From positions 160,001 to 224,000 of the forward strand of contig JBGPGO010000002.1 in the NCBI GenBank assembly GCA_041483895.1: DNA of 64,000 nt. Reading direction: 5' to 3'. Position numbers and translations under genes: made by a program. Below, in pieces: positions 1 through 8,841 of this stretch. This DNA is from Fimbriimonadia bacterium. GTDB taxonomy: Bacteria; Armatimonadota; Fimbriimonadia; Fimbriimonadales; JABRVX01. Positions within the stretch are counted from its first letter, which is position 1. Every line of letters begins with the position of its first letter. The notes below the pieces were generated by a model that saw only the letters and a program-made list of their open reading frames with translations, had not been told where the DNA came from and searched no databases.

Positions 1-76
<76 letters not shown>

Positions 77-92
77 AATTCGTCAAATAAAA

Positions 93-168
93 TGGTGCCT
101 CAGGCCGGATTCGAACCGGCGACACCTTGATTTTCAGTCAAGTGCTCTACCAACTGAGCTACCGAGGC
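93..168 (-). tRNA. tRNA-Phe(GAA)
   Basis: GCCTCGGTAGCTCAGTTGGTAGAGCA...CTGAAAA anticodon loop...GGTTCGAATCC...CCA, 76 nt. Confidence 0.97.
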
Positions 169-184
169 ACGCGTTGTAAAATGA

Positions 185-262
185 TGGCGCGGATGACGGG
201 ACTTGAACCCGCGACCTCCGGCTTGACAGGCCGGCGCTCTAACCAGTCTGAGCTACACCCGC
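185..262 (-). tRNA. tRNA-Asp(GTC)
   Basis: GCGGGTGTAGCTCAG...CCGGC-CTGTCAA-GCCGG...GGTTCAAGTCC...CCA. Confidence 0.97.
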
Positions 263-271
263 ACGATATAA

Positions 272-347
272 TGGTGGGCGAAACAGGACTCGAACCCGTG
301 ACATCTTCCTTGTAAGGGAAGCGCTCTACCAACTGAGCTATTCGCCC
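272..347 (-). tRNA. tRNA-Val(TAC)
   Basis: GGGCGAATAGCTCAGTTGGTAGAGCG...CTTACAA anticodon loop...GGTTCGAGTCC...CCA. Confidence 0.97.
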
Positions 348-365
348 GCCCTCAGGGCAAGGGAA

Positions 366-395
366 ATTATGGCCGAGCGGATTGTTCCATGTCAA
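366..395 (-). promoter_or_regulatory. sigma70 promoter of the tRNA operon
   Basis: TTGACA-N18-CATAAT, 18 bp upstream of tRNA-Val. Confidence 0.75.
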
Positions 396-461
396 CGAAT
401 GGGGGACCAACGGTTTATGCCGGGGTGGTCGGCATGCGGACCCGCAGCTACAGGGAATTCG

Positions 462-499
462 CCCCCACCCCAACCCTCCCCCGCAAGCGGGGGAGGGGG
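462..499. repeat. REP-like GC-rich hairpin
   Basis: CCCCCACCCCAACCCTCCCCCGCAAGCGGGGGAGGGGG, stem CCCTCCCCCGC/GCGGGGGAGGG, directly after a stop codon. Confidence 0.6.
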
Positions 500-1399
500 T
501 TACAGTGATGGATCGGTTTGCGGGCGCATCCGGGAGGCCAGCCAGCCGCGTGAGGTCCCGAACCCGGTCTCCACGCTTGCCCCGAAGCCGCTCAATGCCA
601 TACCAACCTCAAATAGGACGACGGCGAAGCCCAAAATCGGGATGCATTTCAGAACAGTCAGCGTCCCCGCGCCGGCAGCGCGACTCGCGATAGCCCCGGC
701 ATAAGGGCGACCGAGGCGCCGCAGGACGCCGGAACCGAACTGCTCCAGGCCCGCGCCATACCCAAGCCAAAGCGCGCCAAGAGACGCCAACCCCGCCGCA
801 ACGAACAGCGCGATCCCGATGGGCAGCCAAATTCCGGTGCGGCAGAGAAGCAGATTGACGATGGTGAGCAACCCCACAACCCCGGCAGACCCGAGGCCAA
901 AGAGGGCCGTGCGCCAGGGCGCCTGTGCGACCGCCGACCGAGCCACCTCGGACCGCCTGCGCGCCAACACGTAGGTGATGGAAGAAAGAATAAAACTAAC
1001 AGCACCCCAGAGAGCCATGAGGCCAATCCAGCCGCGATAGTCGAACTGATCTTTGGGCGACTCCGCCATCAGCCGTGCATAGTCCTGTGGCGGGTTGGCC
1101 CCGACGGAAATCTTGCCGATGGGCGCGCCCACCAGATTGCTGACCTCGCCGCGCACAACAACCAAAGCCCCGGAAACCGATCCGCCCAAATCAAATCGCA
1201 CGGAACCATCGGTAATGAGAAGATCGCCGTTGACCGGCCCCTTCACCGTCACATTCTGCCCCGTCACTACGACCGGGCCGCTCACGGCATCCGGACCCAG
1301 CACCATGCCGCCCGGATTCCGCGCAACCTCGATGGACTGCCCATATCCAAGGCAGCAGGCCAAGACAGAAAGGAGAGCTATACCCTTGATCGGCCCCAC
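500..1399 (-). CDS. Membrane protein with bactofilin/polymer-forming-like N-terminal repeats, third gene of ECF operon
   Basis: GTG start overlapping the anti-sigma 3' end; signal-like N-terminus, VxGxVxGD beta repeats, several TM helices. Confidence 0.7.
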   Translation of the reverse strand: MGPIKGIALLSVLACCLGYGQSIEVARNPGGMVLGPDAVSGPVVVTGQNVTVKGPVNGDLLITDGSVRFDLGGSVSGALVVVRGEVSNLVGAPIGKISVGANPPQDYARLMAESPKDQFDYRGWIGLMALWGAVSFILSSITYVLARRRSEVARSAVAQAPWRTALFGLGSAGVVGLLTIVNLLLCRTGIWLPIGIALFVAAGLASLGALWLGYGAGLEQFGSGVLRRLGRPYAGAIASRAAGAGTLTVLKCIPILGFAVVLFEVGMALSGFGASVETGFGTSRGWLASRMRPQTDPSL

Positions 1400-1938
1400 G
1401 CTCCCGTCCTTCGATAGCGCTGAACCAGCCACGCGCCGCCGACCAGCAGCACCAAGACCATGCCGAACAGCGTCGCCTGCCAGTACTCGGCGAGCGTCGG
1501 CGGGAGAATGCCCTTGAACCTCCCAATCAATCCCTCTTGGCCGGAACCGGTGACGAACTCCAGCGCGGCGCGGTACCAACTGGTGGCCAGCATGGAAGAG
1601 TCCCGCCAAAATCCGGCAAACCCGCCCGGGAAGAAGAAGTAGACGAAGGCGGCGAAGAGCAATGGCAGACCCACGGATCCGGCCCATCCCAGGCGACGGG
1701 CGAGCGTCAGCCGGGCAGCCTCGCTGCGCACACCGACCTTGATCTCGTCCAACAACCCGACAGGCGGCTCCGGCTCGGGGAGTCCGTCCAGCCACGCCAC
1801 GAACGCCATCGCCTGGGAATACTCCGATGAACACTTCGGGCATTCGTGAAGGTGCTGTCTAAAATCCGTTGAGCTGTGGTCGTCTAGGGTTTTTTCTAAG
1901 GCCGGCTCCAGAAACTGGAGAGCCTCTTGACATGTCAT
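1378..1938 (-). CDS. Zinc-binding (zf-HC2/ZAS) transmembrane anti-sigma factor
   Basis: C...HLHECPKC (HxxxCxxC) motif, two TM segments, overlaps sigma stop. Confidence 0.9.
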   Translation of the reverse strand: MTCQEALQFLEPALEKTLDDHSSTDFRQHLHECPKCSSEYSQAMAFVAWLDGLPEPEPPVGLLDEIKVGVRSEAARLTLARRLGWAGSVGLPLLFAAFVYFFFPGGFAGFWRDSSMLATSWYRAALEFVTGSGQEGLIGRFKGILPPTLAEYWQATLFGMVLVLLVGGAWLVQRYRRTGAWGRSRV

Positions 1939-2537
1939 TTTGCTAATTCCTCCGCAGGAAATGGGTTGTTACTCAAACATGCAAGTTCCCGGCGCAAAAT
2001 CGAGCGCGCCCGGAAAAGCCAGCTCTTCACCGTGCCCTCGGGGGCATTCATTATTTGTGCAATCTCGTTTATATCCATATGATGGAAGTGCCGCAGCACC
2101 ACAATCTCTCTGTATTTGTCCGGAAGCTTTGCCACCGCCCGGTGGATCTGCCGGCTCTCATCGTTCATGATCGCCTGTTCTTCCGGTTGGGGACCGGTGT
2201 CCCCGAGCGAATACTCATGGTCATCGAGCGGGTCGGGGGCCTTGCTTCGGGCCCGGCCGAGGTCGATGGACACGTTCGCGCAAATCTTATAAAGCCAAGG
2301 CCTGAGCGGCTTTTCCGGATGAAACTCTTTCAGCGCCCGGTAGGCCTTGACAAACGCCTCTTGGACCGCATCCGAGGCGTCGTCCGAGTTGCCGAGCATC
2401 CGATAGGCCAGGGAATAAAGGGAGCGGTAATGGCGTTCGACGAGAACGTCAAAGGCTCCGGTGTCTCCCTGTGCGGCCTGCCGGATCAGGACAGTGTCGG
2501 ACGGACCGCCTTGTTCAGCTACCATTGGTGTCTCCAT
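1935..2537 (-). CDS. ECF RNA polymerase sigma factor (SigW-like)
   Basis: Region 2 (DASDAVQEAFVKAY, LRPWLYKI) and region 4 (EIAQIMNAPEGTVKSWLFRAR); alternative start 2525 has a GGAG SD. Confidence 0.93.
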   Translation of the reverse strand: METPMVAEQGGPSDTVLIRQAAQGDTGAFDVLVERHYRSLYSLAYRMLGNSDDASDAVQEAFVKAYRALKEFHPEKPLRPWLYKICANVSIDLGRARSKAPDPLDDHEYSLGDTGPQPEEQAIMNDESRQIHRAVAKLPDKYREIVVLRHFHHMDINEIAQIMNAPEGTVKSWLFRARSILRRELACLSNNPFPAEELAK

Positions 2538-2540
2538 AGT

Positions 2541-2567
2541 TACTTGGCGACCTTCGGATAGGTTGCA
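2541..2567 (-). promoter_or_regulatory. Putative autoregulatory ECF promoter
   Basis: TGCAAC-N17-AGTA, resembling SigW-type TGAAAC-N16-CGTA, directly upstream of the sigma gene. Confidence 0.4.
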
Positions 2568-2716
2568 CTTGCAGTCTAACAAGTTTTGCGGTTTTCGGCC
2601 AGTCTTTTGGTCCTTGCGGCCTATTGTTCCCGTTGTTACGATGCACACGGTCGGTTCCGACGTACTTGCCCGATGCCATACTGGGGCAGGTAGGCGCCGA
2701 ACGGAAGGAGCGAACG

Positions 2717-2980
2717 ATGGAACCGAATCAGAGTTCGATATCGGAACTGGCCGGCGAAATCCGAAGAGCCAACAATCTGTTCGAAAAGTTTGTTCATGAC
2801 CGCAGCGATTGGAAAATCCCATTGCGGAACGGCCTGCTTGCCGGATTGGGTGGGGCGATCGGCGCGACGATTCTGTTCTCACTCCTCGTGTGGCTGATCA
2901 AGCCTTTTGATCGGTGGGACATTCTCGGGCCGAGCGGCAAGCAGATAGCGCGTCCAACCGCGCAGGAAAAGGCAAAGTAG
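2717..2980 (+). CDS. Small membrane protein, DUF5665-like
   Basis: AAGGAG SD then ATG; GLLAGLGGAIGATI motif in a single TM region. Confidence 0.7.
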   Translation: MEPNQSSISELAGEIRRANNLFEKFVHDRSDWKIPLRNGLLAGLGGAIGATILFSLLVWLIKPFDRWDILGPSGKQIARPTAQEKAK

Positions 2981-3003
2981 GCCTGTCCAGCAGCGGGGGA
3001 TTC

Positions 3004-3030
3004 GTCATTCTGAACGGAGTTGAAGAATCC
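3004..3030. repeat. Partial GTCATTC-type palindromic repeat
   Basis: GTCATTCTGAACGGAGTTGAAGAATCC resembles the left arm of the element at 3575. Confidence 0.45.
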
Positions 3031-3069
3031 CTTTCTGAAGCCCGGTTGCGGAGCATCGATCGCCAACCA

Positions 3070-3549
3070 TTAATCTTGTTCGTACGCCTGCTTTAGTGTC
3101 GCTACGTCCAGCTTCTTCATTTCCATGACTGCCTTCATGACATTTTCGGATCTCACTGGATCGTACAGCATCTCGTCCAATACCGCCGGAACGATCTGCC
3201 ACGACAGGCCATATTTATCCGTGAGCCAACCGCACTGCACTTCCTCTCCGCCATCGGTGAGCTTCGCCCACAGTTCATCCAACTCTTGCTGATTTTCGAC
3301 TTTGACGAAGAGTGATATCGCCGGCGAAAATTTGAAGGGCGGGCCGCCGTTTAGGGCTATGAACGGTTGGCCTTCCAGCTCGAACTCAACGATCATGACC
3401 GATCCCTCGGGTCTTCCGGCGGCCTCCGACGCCGCGGGGCCATAACGGGCGATATGGCCGATTTTTGAATTTTTGAAGATGGAGGTGTAAAACCGCACGG
3501 CCTCCTCGGCCTGGCTGTCGAACGATAGGAATGTTGTGATTTTTTGCAT
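3070..3549 (-). CDS. VOC family protein (PhnB / 3-demethylubiquinone-9 3-methyltransferase-like)
   Basis: MQKITTFLSFDSQAEEAVRFY...ALNGGP...CGWLTDKYGLSWQIVP. Confidence 0.92.
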   Translation of the reverse strand: MQKITTFLSFDSQAEEAVRFYTSIFKNSKIGHIARYGPAASEAAGRPEGSVMIVEFELEGQPFIALNGGPPFKFSPAISLFVKVENQQELDELWAKLTDGGEEVQCGWLTDKYGLSWQIVPAVLDEMLYDPVRSENVMKAVMEMKKLDVATLKQAYEQD

Positions 3550-3574
3550 GGGGCTATTGTATTCGACATCGGCC

Positions 3575-3665
3575 GTCATTCCGAAGCGAAGCGAGGAATC
3601 CCTATCAGAACGTTGTCTGTGTTCGGAGGCTCTTGAAAGAGATTCCTCGACAGGCTCGGAATGAC
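3575..3665. repeat. Palindromic intergenic repeat (GTCATTCCG...CGGAATGAC)
   Basis: Nested inverted repeats GTCATTCCGA..CGAGGAATC / GATTCCTCG..TCGGAATGAC. Confidence 0.75.
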
Positions 3666-3701
3666 GATCTTGGTGGATCGATAGGTCGGCGCCACTCCGA
3701 G

Positions 3702-3769
3702 CGGGCAAAGTGGACCTGCCGGACCTCAACATCGTCCTGATCAACTTCGCCCGGACGGGGCAGTAGGCG
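3702..3769 (+). pseudogene. Orphan 3' end of a dockerin-like tail; direct repeat of 4800-4867
   Basis: 62/68 nt identical to 4800-4867; encodes GKVDLPDLNIVLINFARTGQ-stop with no gene body upstream. Confidence 0.85.
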
Positions 3770-3823
3770 TCAGACTAAAACGAGTGTTGTGGTATCATTC
3801 GTTGCGAGGAAAGGTGGATTGCA

Positions 3824-4864
3824 ATGCGATCATTCGTTCTATTATGTGGAGTTGGACTTGGTTCCAGTGTACTTGCCTCGTGGCAGTCAATTGACATCTC
3901 TGCGGCATATGACTTTCCTCTCTTATCCCTATATGCTAATCCGCCAATCGGAGACGTCATGCTTGGCGGAGTGCCGTTTCACATCGAAACCCAAATAGTG
4001 GCGAGCAATGCCGCAGGCCTGACATCTAGTCTTCCATCCGATTTTCTATTCAACGTCGGTCAAAGCGCAACCAAAATCCATTTGCTTCTCTCGGCGACAG
4101 ACACGCGTTCCGCCGGTGAATACATTGGCCAGATTTTGCTTAATTATGATTCGGGCAATCAATCGGCGGTCGCGCTTTATGTGGGTGGCAACATCCGCGA
4201 TTGGGTGGCCACCAGCAACGGAACGATCAACACTACGACCGCGCCCTACGTGGAAGAGGTGTATCGCGGCGATCCGGCACCCGGACATGGATGGTTCTTG
4301 GGAACCGCCGTTTACGACATGATGACACTCGACGTAGATCCTACGCGCGTCCTGTCGTCCGTCCGATTGAGCGATACCAATGGCTATCTCGGTTTCTTCA
4401 TCGTGGGCATCACGATTGAGCACAATCCTTTCGCGGTCGTCAACGGTACAGTCTTCCAGGAAAGTTGGCGGGGTGTTGTGGCGGGCCAAGTTGTACAGTT
4501 TGAAGCGGTGGACGACGGCGGGCAAGTGTTGGCTACGTCGAGCGCGACGCTCGCGGCGGATGAAAGTTTTTCTGCGACGTTTACGTACGAGGGGGCGTGC
4601 AGGGTTCGGGCTAAGGCGTCGCACTGGCTGAGCGACCTGTCCCCGGATGTGACTCTGAACTCTAGCGGTCCGACCACCATTTACTTCCAACTGCCGAATG
4701 GGGATGCCACTGGCGACAACTCTGTTGACCTGGACGATCTCAATCGGGTCTTCATCGAGTTCCTGTCTACCGACCCGTCGGATACCGACCTGAACGGCTC
4801 GGGCAAGGTGGACCTGCCGGACCTGAACATCGTCTTCCTCAACTTCGCCCGGACGGGGGAGTAG
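3824..4864 (+). CDS. Secreted protein: beta-sandwich domain + Ig-like/dockerin-like C-terminal module
   Basis: Signal peptide; C-terminus NGDATGDNSVDLDDL...DLNGSGKVDLPDLNIVFLNF. Confidence 0.85.
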   Translation: MRSFVLLCGVGLGSSVLASWQSIDISAAYDFPLLSLYANPPIGDVMLGGVPFHIETQIVASNAAGLTSSLPSDFLFNVGQSATKIHLLLSATDTRSAGEYIGQILLNYDSGNQSAVALYVGGNIRDWVATSNGTINTTTAPYVEEVYRGDPAPGHGWFLGTAVYDMMTLDVDPTRVLSSVRLSDTNGYLGFFIVGITIEHNPFAVVNGTVFQESWRGVVAGQVVQFEAVDDGGQVLATSSATLAADESFSATFTYEGACRVRAKASHWLSDLSPDVTLNSSGPTTIYFQLPNGDATGDNSVDLDDLNRVFIEFLSTDPSDTDLNGSGKVDLPDLNIVFLNFARTGE

Positions 4865-4930
4865 GCGGGGGATTGGCTGGGTGGGAGAGCTGTTGAGTCT
4901 ATGTGGGACGCCCCGACGCATCGGGGGTGG

Positions 4931-5446
4931 TTAATTGAAGTGTGGCAGATTGAGGAATTCTTGCCACGGGCCGACCCGCTCGCGATACAGGGACGAAAAC
5001 GATTTGAAAATCTGGCCGAGATGATACAGGTCGTGGGCGACCCACGTGGCAATGATCTGGTCCACGGTGATACGGCCGAATTTGGGACTGGTTCCGGTTT
5101 TCGCGAGGTCGGATTCGGACAATTGCAAGCTTTCCAGTTCGCGCAGACGTTCTTCTCGCAGACTCCAAAATTCCGCGAGTAGATCTTCGACTTTACTCGC
5201 GTCCAAGTTGTCGTCTTGGTGGTCCGCATCGCCCTCCCTGTTGTCGCTTTGCTCCAGGATGATGCGGATGCGCTGGATCCAAAGATCGCGATCGCAACGG
5301 ATGATGTGGACGAGCGCCTCGCGGGGGCTGTCCACGTCGGGTTCGTGCTTTGCGTCCAGCCACGAATCGGGCCGTCCCAGCACGATTTCGCGCAAAATCG
5401 CCGGCGTTCGAGCGAGCGACTGCATCTCATCGGCGAGGAAGGTCAT
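4931..5446 (-). CDS. DinB family protein
   Basis: LARTPAILR...SPREALVH...WVAHDLYHLGQI His motifs; start 5446 (7 nt after TACCAT) or 5455. Confidence 0.88.
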   Translation of the reverse strand: MTFLADEMQSLARTPAILREIVLGRPDSWLDAKHEPDVDSPREALVHIIRCDRDLWIQRIRIILEQSDNREGDADHQDDNLDASKVEDLLAEFWSLREERLRELESLQLSESDLAKTGTSPKFGRITVDQIIATWVAHDLYHLGQIFKSFSSLYRERVGPWQEFLNLPHFN

Positions 5447-5487
5447 GTCCGGCATGGTACCTCGGCGGCGTCCCTCGGCCCTTCGGG

Positions 5488-5545
5488 GTTGCCTGGTCAG
5501 GAGACCAAAAGAGACTTGCGACTCGGTCGGGAGACCGGTCGCATC
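5488..5545. repeat. REP-like GGTCxGGAGACC repeats
   Basis: GTTGCCTGGTCAGGAGACC recurs as GTTGCATGGTCAGGGGACC near 5893; palindrome TGCGACTCGGTCGGGAGACCGGTCGCA. Confidence 0.5.
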
Positions 5546-5554
5546 TGGGTTTAA

Positions 5555-5640
5555 CGCAAAATCCCCTCGCTTTGGACCACGGGGGGATTTTGAAATGGAC
5601 AACTCAAAATGAACGTCCGGCCGGTCGTTGCCGCCGGACG
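5555..5640 (-). ncRNA. Candidate small RNA
   Basis: Extended -10 TGaTATAAT (5654-5646), 5' hairpin GTCCGGC/GCCGGAC, terminator AAAATCCCC/GGGGATTTT; no credible ORF. Confidence 0.45.
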
Positions 5641-5772
5641 AGCTTATTATATCACGATCTCCGGCGATTGACGAGTCAAACTCACCCCTCAACGGCTCGG
5701 GGTAACCGTTCCCAGCCTCGTTTTCGGAATGATTGATTTTTTCTTTTTTGCGGACGAACCCCCACCTTGATT

Positions 5773-5839
5773 CTCCCCCTTTTTCGGCTTGGGTTTTTGG
5801 CGTTCGGAGGGTTGGCGCCACAGGCCGAAAAAGGGGGAG
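5773..5839. repeat. 16-bp perfect inverted repeat
   Basis: CTCCCCCTTTTTCGGC ... GCCGAAAAAGGGGGAG. Confidence 0.7.
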
Positions 5840-5970
5840 GGAAGAGGGCTCGCGGCGGAGGTGATTTCGCCGGCCGGGTCATCTGGCCCAAAGTTGCATG
5901 GTCAGGGGACCGGAAGACGCGGGGCGCCTGGGTGGGGACACCCCGGCGCATCGGAGTAGAATAACAATAT

Positions 5971-6534
5971 ATGAAACTGGCTAAGCTGCAAGAAACCAAG
6001 TCAACGATTCGCTTCAGTGCCAAGTTGTTTCGGCCTAAGGCAACCGAAGAGATTGGATCGTGGACCCTTGTAACTCTGCCCAAGAACGCGAGTGCGAAGC
6101 TTCCATCACGAGGGTTGACGATGGTTGAGGGAACTATCAATGCCTTCCCTTTTCGAGTCGCCCTCGAACCAAACGGCAAAGGAAGTCACTTGCTCAAGAT
6201 TAACAAAGCCACGCAGGATGGTGCAGGCGCGGACGCTGGGGACACGGTAACGGTGGAGATTACGCGGGCCGGAGAAGAACCGGAGACCAGGGTGCCAATG
6301 GAGCTACGCAAGGCCCTTGCCGCTGCCCCGCCGGCGCAGGCATTGTGGGCGGATATCACACCAATCGCGCGCCGGGACTGGGTTCTCTGGATAAGCACAG
6401 CCAAACAACCGGAAACGCGCATGCGTCGGATCGAGAAAGCGTGCGACATGCTCGCATCTGGAAAGCGACGAGTATGTTGTTTTGGCGGTATGAAGTGGCT
6501 TCTGAAAACTCACGCAACATCAGGCGGAAAGTAG
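5971..6534 (+). CDS. DUF1905 + YdeI/OmpD-associated (OmdA) domain protein
   Basis: WTLVTLP...VEGTING-like DUF1905 part; VPMELRKAL...AKQPETRMRRIEKA OmdA part. Confidence 0.88.
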   Translation: MKLAKLQETKSTIRFSAKLFRPKATEEIGSWTLVTLPKNASAKLPSRGLTMVEGTINAFPFRVALEPNGKGSHLLKINKATQDGAGADAGDTVTVEITRAGEEPETRVPMELRKALAAAPPAQALWADITPIARRDWVLWISTAKQPETRMRRIEKACDMLASGKRRVCCFGGMKWLLKTHATSGGK

Positions 6535-6546
6535 CTTCAAACGGCG

Positions 6547-7029
6547 TTAGTCTTTACACAACACCCGAATCTTTGAGACGTTCTTGATCGTGTAGTCGAA
6601 CTGGCCGAAGCGTTCCCATTCCAGGTTTCCGGTCATGAGGTCGTAGACCGCGGCATAGCCGAAATCGGGACCGAAGAGGGAATCGTGCACGAGCACAAGC
6701 CCGACAACTGGGCGCCGATTGAAATAGGCGCGACGGGACGCGAAAATCGCAGTTCCGTCCTGGCATTGGAACTGCTCCGGGCACTGAAACGTGAGCAAGT
6801 TGTGCGGTTCGTTGGCGCCGGCCGCTCCGAAGAACTCGTAAACCTCAAACTCACCGAATTTTGAATCGGGGGTCGAGGAAACCCAGCCGTCGAAAAACAT
6901 GATGGTGTGGCGATTGGAATTGAAATAGGCTCCGTATTTGGATGCAGTCGTGTACACGATTCCCGTGTCGCTCGCGATTGCGAGCGAGCAGATTGTGGCG
7001 GCCAACGCGGCGAACAGACTCTTCTTCAT
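6547..7029 (-). CDS. Secreted hypothetical protein
   Basis: AGGAGG SD; signal peptide MKKSLFAALAATICSLAIA. Confidence 0.8.
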   Translation of the reverse strand: MKKSLFAALAATICSLAIASDTGIVYTTASKYGAYFNSNRHTIMFFDGWVSSTPDSKFGEFEVYEFFGAAGANEPHNLLTFQCPEQFQCQDGTAIFASRRAYFNRRPVVGLVLVHDSLFGPDFGYAAVYDLMTGNLEWERFGQFDYTIKNVSKIRVLCKD

Positions 7030-7142
7030 TGAACATCCTCCCTTTGCCGGTAAAAACATGGCGCGTGTATTTGCGCGTAGGTGATAGTACCATGGGTTTG
7101 CCTTCGGCGGCATGGAAACCTGGTAGTTACAAGGGGCGCGCA

Positions 7143-7217
7143 TCAATCCCTCAACAGATCCTCTGTACAGTGACAGGACCTCCTTGACACTTATGACAGG
7201 ACCTGTTGAGGCATTGA
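7143..7217. repeat. Composite palindromic element A (collapsed copy)
   Basis: TCAATCCCTCAACAG ... CTGTTGAGGCATTGA with internal duplicated TGACAGGACCT. Confidence 0.8.
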
Positions 7218-7221
7218 AGGC

Positions 7222-7731
7222 TCACTTAACGCGGTGAAAATCGAACTTCGCCTTCTCACCCGGTTTGCCGCCTTTGAAACTCTGCCACTCGCTCACGACG
7301 TGGTTGGGGCCGTCGAACGTGAACGTCACGCGGTGCATGTGCATGTCGCCGGGCTTCATGTTCGAGCCTCTAACGAAATCGAAAAACACGACATTGGCGT
7401 CCTTCCCAGGCTTGAATTTCATGAACGGTTGGTTCCCTGCGCCGCAGTAGTGGGTCATTACCAAGCTGTCGTAATCCATGTGGTAGACGCTGACCATTTC
7501 GAAGGGCGATCCTGGTCCAAGAGTTTCGACCAGTGCGTTGCCGCTTCCTGTGAGTTTGTATTCGACCGTGGCAGGCATTGACTCGCCTCCTTCTCCCATC
7601 TTCCCTTCCCACTTGCCAACGAGGGTCTTCATTTTTTCGAAGGCTTGCTTGCCAGCGTCGTCGTGCCGTGCCATCGATCCAGCGGGTGCCATGAGCGCGA
7701 ATAAAAGGGCGGTGAGCATTACAGTTTTCAT
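7222..7731 (-). CDS. Secreted conserved hypothetical protein (THYCxxGNQP motif)
   Basis: GGAGG SD, signal peptide, LVGKWEG and MTHYCGAGNQPFM motifs. Confidence 0.85.
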   Translation of the reverse strand: MKTVMLTALLFALMAPAGSMARHDDAGKQAFEKMKTLVGKWEGKMGEGGESMPATVEYKLTGSGNALVETLGPGSPFEMVSVYHMDYDSLVMTHYCGAGNQPFMKFKPGKDANVVFFDFVRGSNMKPGDMHMHRVTFTFDGPNHVVSEWQSFKGGKPGEKAKFDFHRVK

Positions 7732-7805
7732 TGGGACCTCCTACGACTGCTAAGTATATCCGACGGGTGGCAAGGAAAAAAGCTTCAATCCCTTGTATGT
7801 TTCAA

Positions 7806-8038
7806 TCAATCCCTCAACAGGTCCTCCTGTTGAGTGTCTTCGGGAGGCTCAGATCCGCAAAACGGCTGCAAGTGATTTGAGGTTCTCACTTGGTCGGGTG
7901 CATCGCCGGTTCGATGTCCGCCGTCCGAGTTCTGGGGCCCGCATGCGTGGCCTGTCCGCCCTACCGGCGGGGATTTCTGTCGCCGGCCGAAGTGGTTGCC
8001 AGGCGCCCTCAACAGGAGGACCTGTTGAGGCATTGAAC
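7806..8038. repeat. Composite palindromic element B
   Basis: Inverted hairpins CTCAACAGG-loop-CCTGTTGAG at both ends plus a ~90-bp core shared with 9720-9810 and 10416-10490. Confidence 0.9.
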
Positions 8039-8228
8039 ACCCAGACGCATCCGGTGGTATGTACCACATTCGAATGACAGTGAAAATCAGGACGTGACAC
8101 GCCGTGTTCCTGCCGGCCAGAATGAACTATCTGAAGCTATCGATCTGTTCCTGTTGAGAACCGATGGAGATGTTCTAGCCCCAGACCGCAGGTAAGCGCT
8201 GCGACGGAAGGTCCGAAGGAGGATCAAG

Positions 8229-8408
8229 ATGTTATATTGGGCAGTAGTGTTTTTCGTTGTCGCGATCGTTGCTGCAATTCTTGGCTTCGCCGGAATCGCA
8301 GGAGCCTCTGCGGGAATCGCCAAGATTTTGTTCGCCGTCTTTGTTGTCCTTTTCATACTGTCGATGTTGATGCACGGTGGACGCGGGCGTCTTAGAAACT
8401 CTCCTTAG
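8229..8408 (+). CDS. DUF1328 (YtjA-like) small membrane protein, absent from ORF track
   Basis: [44 protein letters not shown]. Confidence 0.92.
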   Translation: MLYWAVVFFVVAIVAAILGFAGIAGASAGIAKILFAVFVVLFILSMLMHGGRGRLRNSP

Positions 8409-8470
8409 GAGACCTACAAGAAGGAAGTTAACGCATGTCACGTAGTGAAGAAGCCAGAATCTATTCAAAC

Positions 8471-8767
8471 ATGACGGTTACAGTCGTAATATTGGTCATT
8501 GTCGGAGTTTTGCTCGCCGCGATATTTCTATTGTGGCTGCCTTCGCGCAATTCGACTACATACATCGAACACATGCCGCAGGTCCAACCGCAACAGAGTC
8601 AACCGGCCACTCCAGGTCTGCAGGGAGCTCCGGGCGCCACAGGGCAGCCGGGACCACAAGGGGTCCAAGGGTCGCCAGGCGCCAACGGCGCGAACGGTGC
8701 GAACGGCAGTTCGTCCGGCGGGACGACGGGCGGCGGAAATACCGACGCTACGACCAACGGTGGCTAG
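8471..8767 (+). CDS. Small membrane-anchored protein with collagen-like Gly-X-Y stretch
   Basis: N-terminal TM then 11 consecutive G-X-Y triplets. Confidence 0.75.
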   Translation: MTVTVVILVIVGVLLAAIFLLWLPSRNSTTYIEHMPQVQPQQSQPATPGLQGAPGATGQPGPQGVQGSPGANGANGANGSSSGGTTGGGNTDATTNGG

Positions 8768-8841
8768 AGATGGGAGCGCCATCGGCGCAGTGGACCAACC
8801 GTGCAAGCGCACCCCTGAGGAGGAACGTGCAAGGAGGTATG

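Noticed and set aside
127..704. ORFs over the tRNA operon
   Set aside because: Shadow frames of tRNA genes and of the minus-strand CDS.
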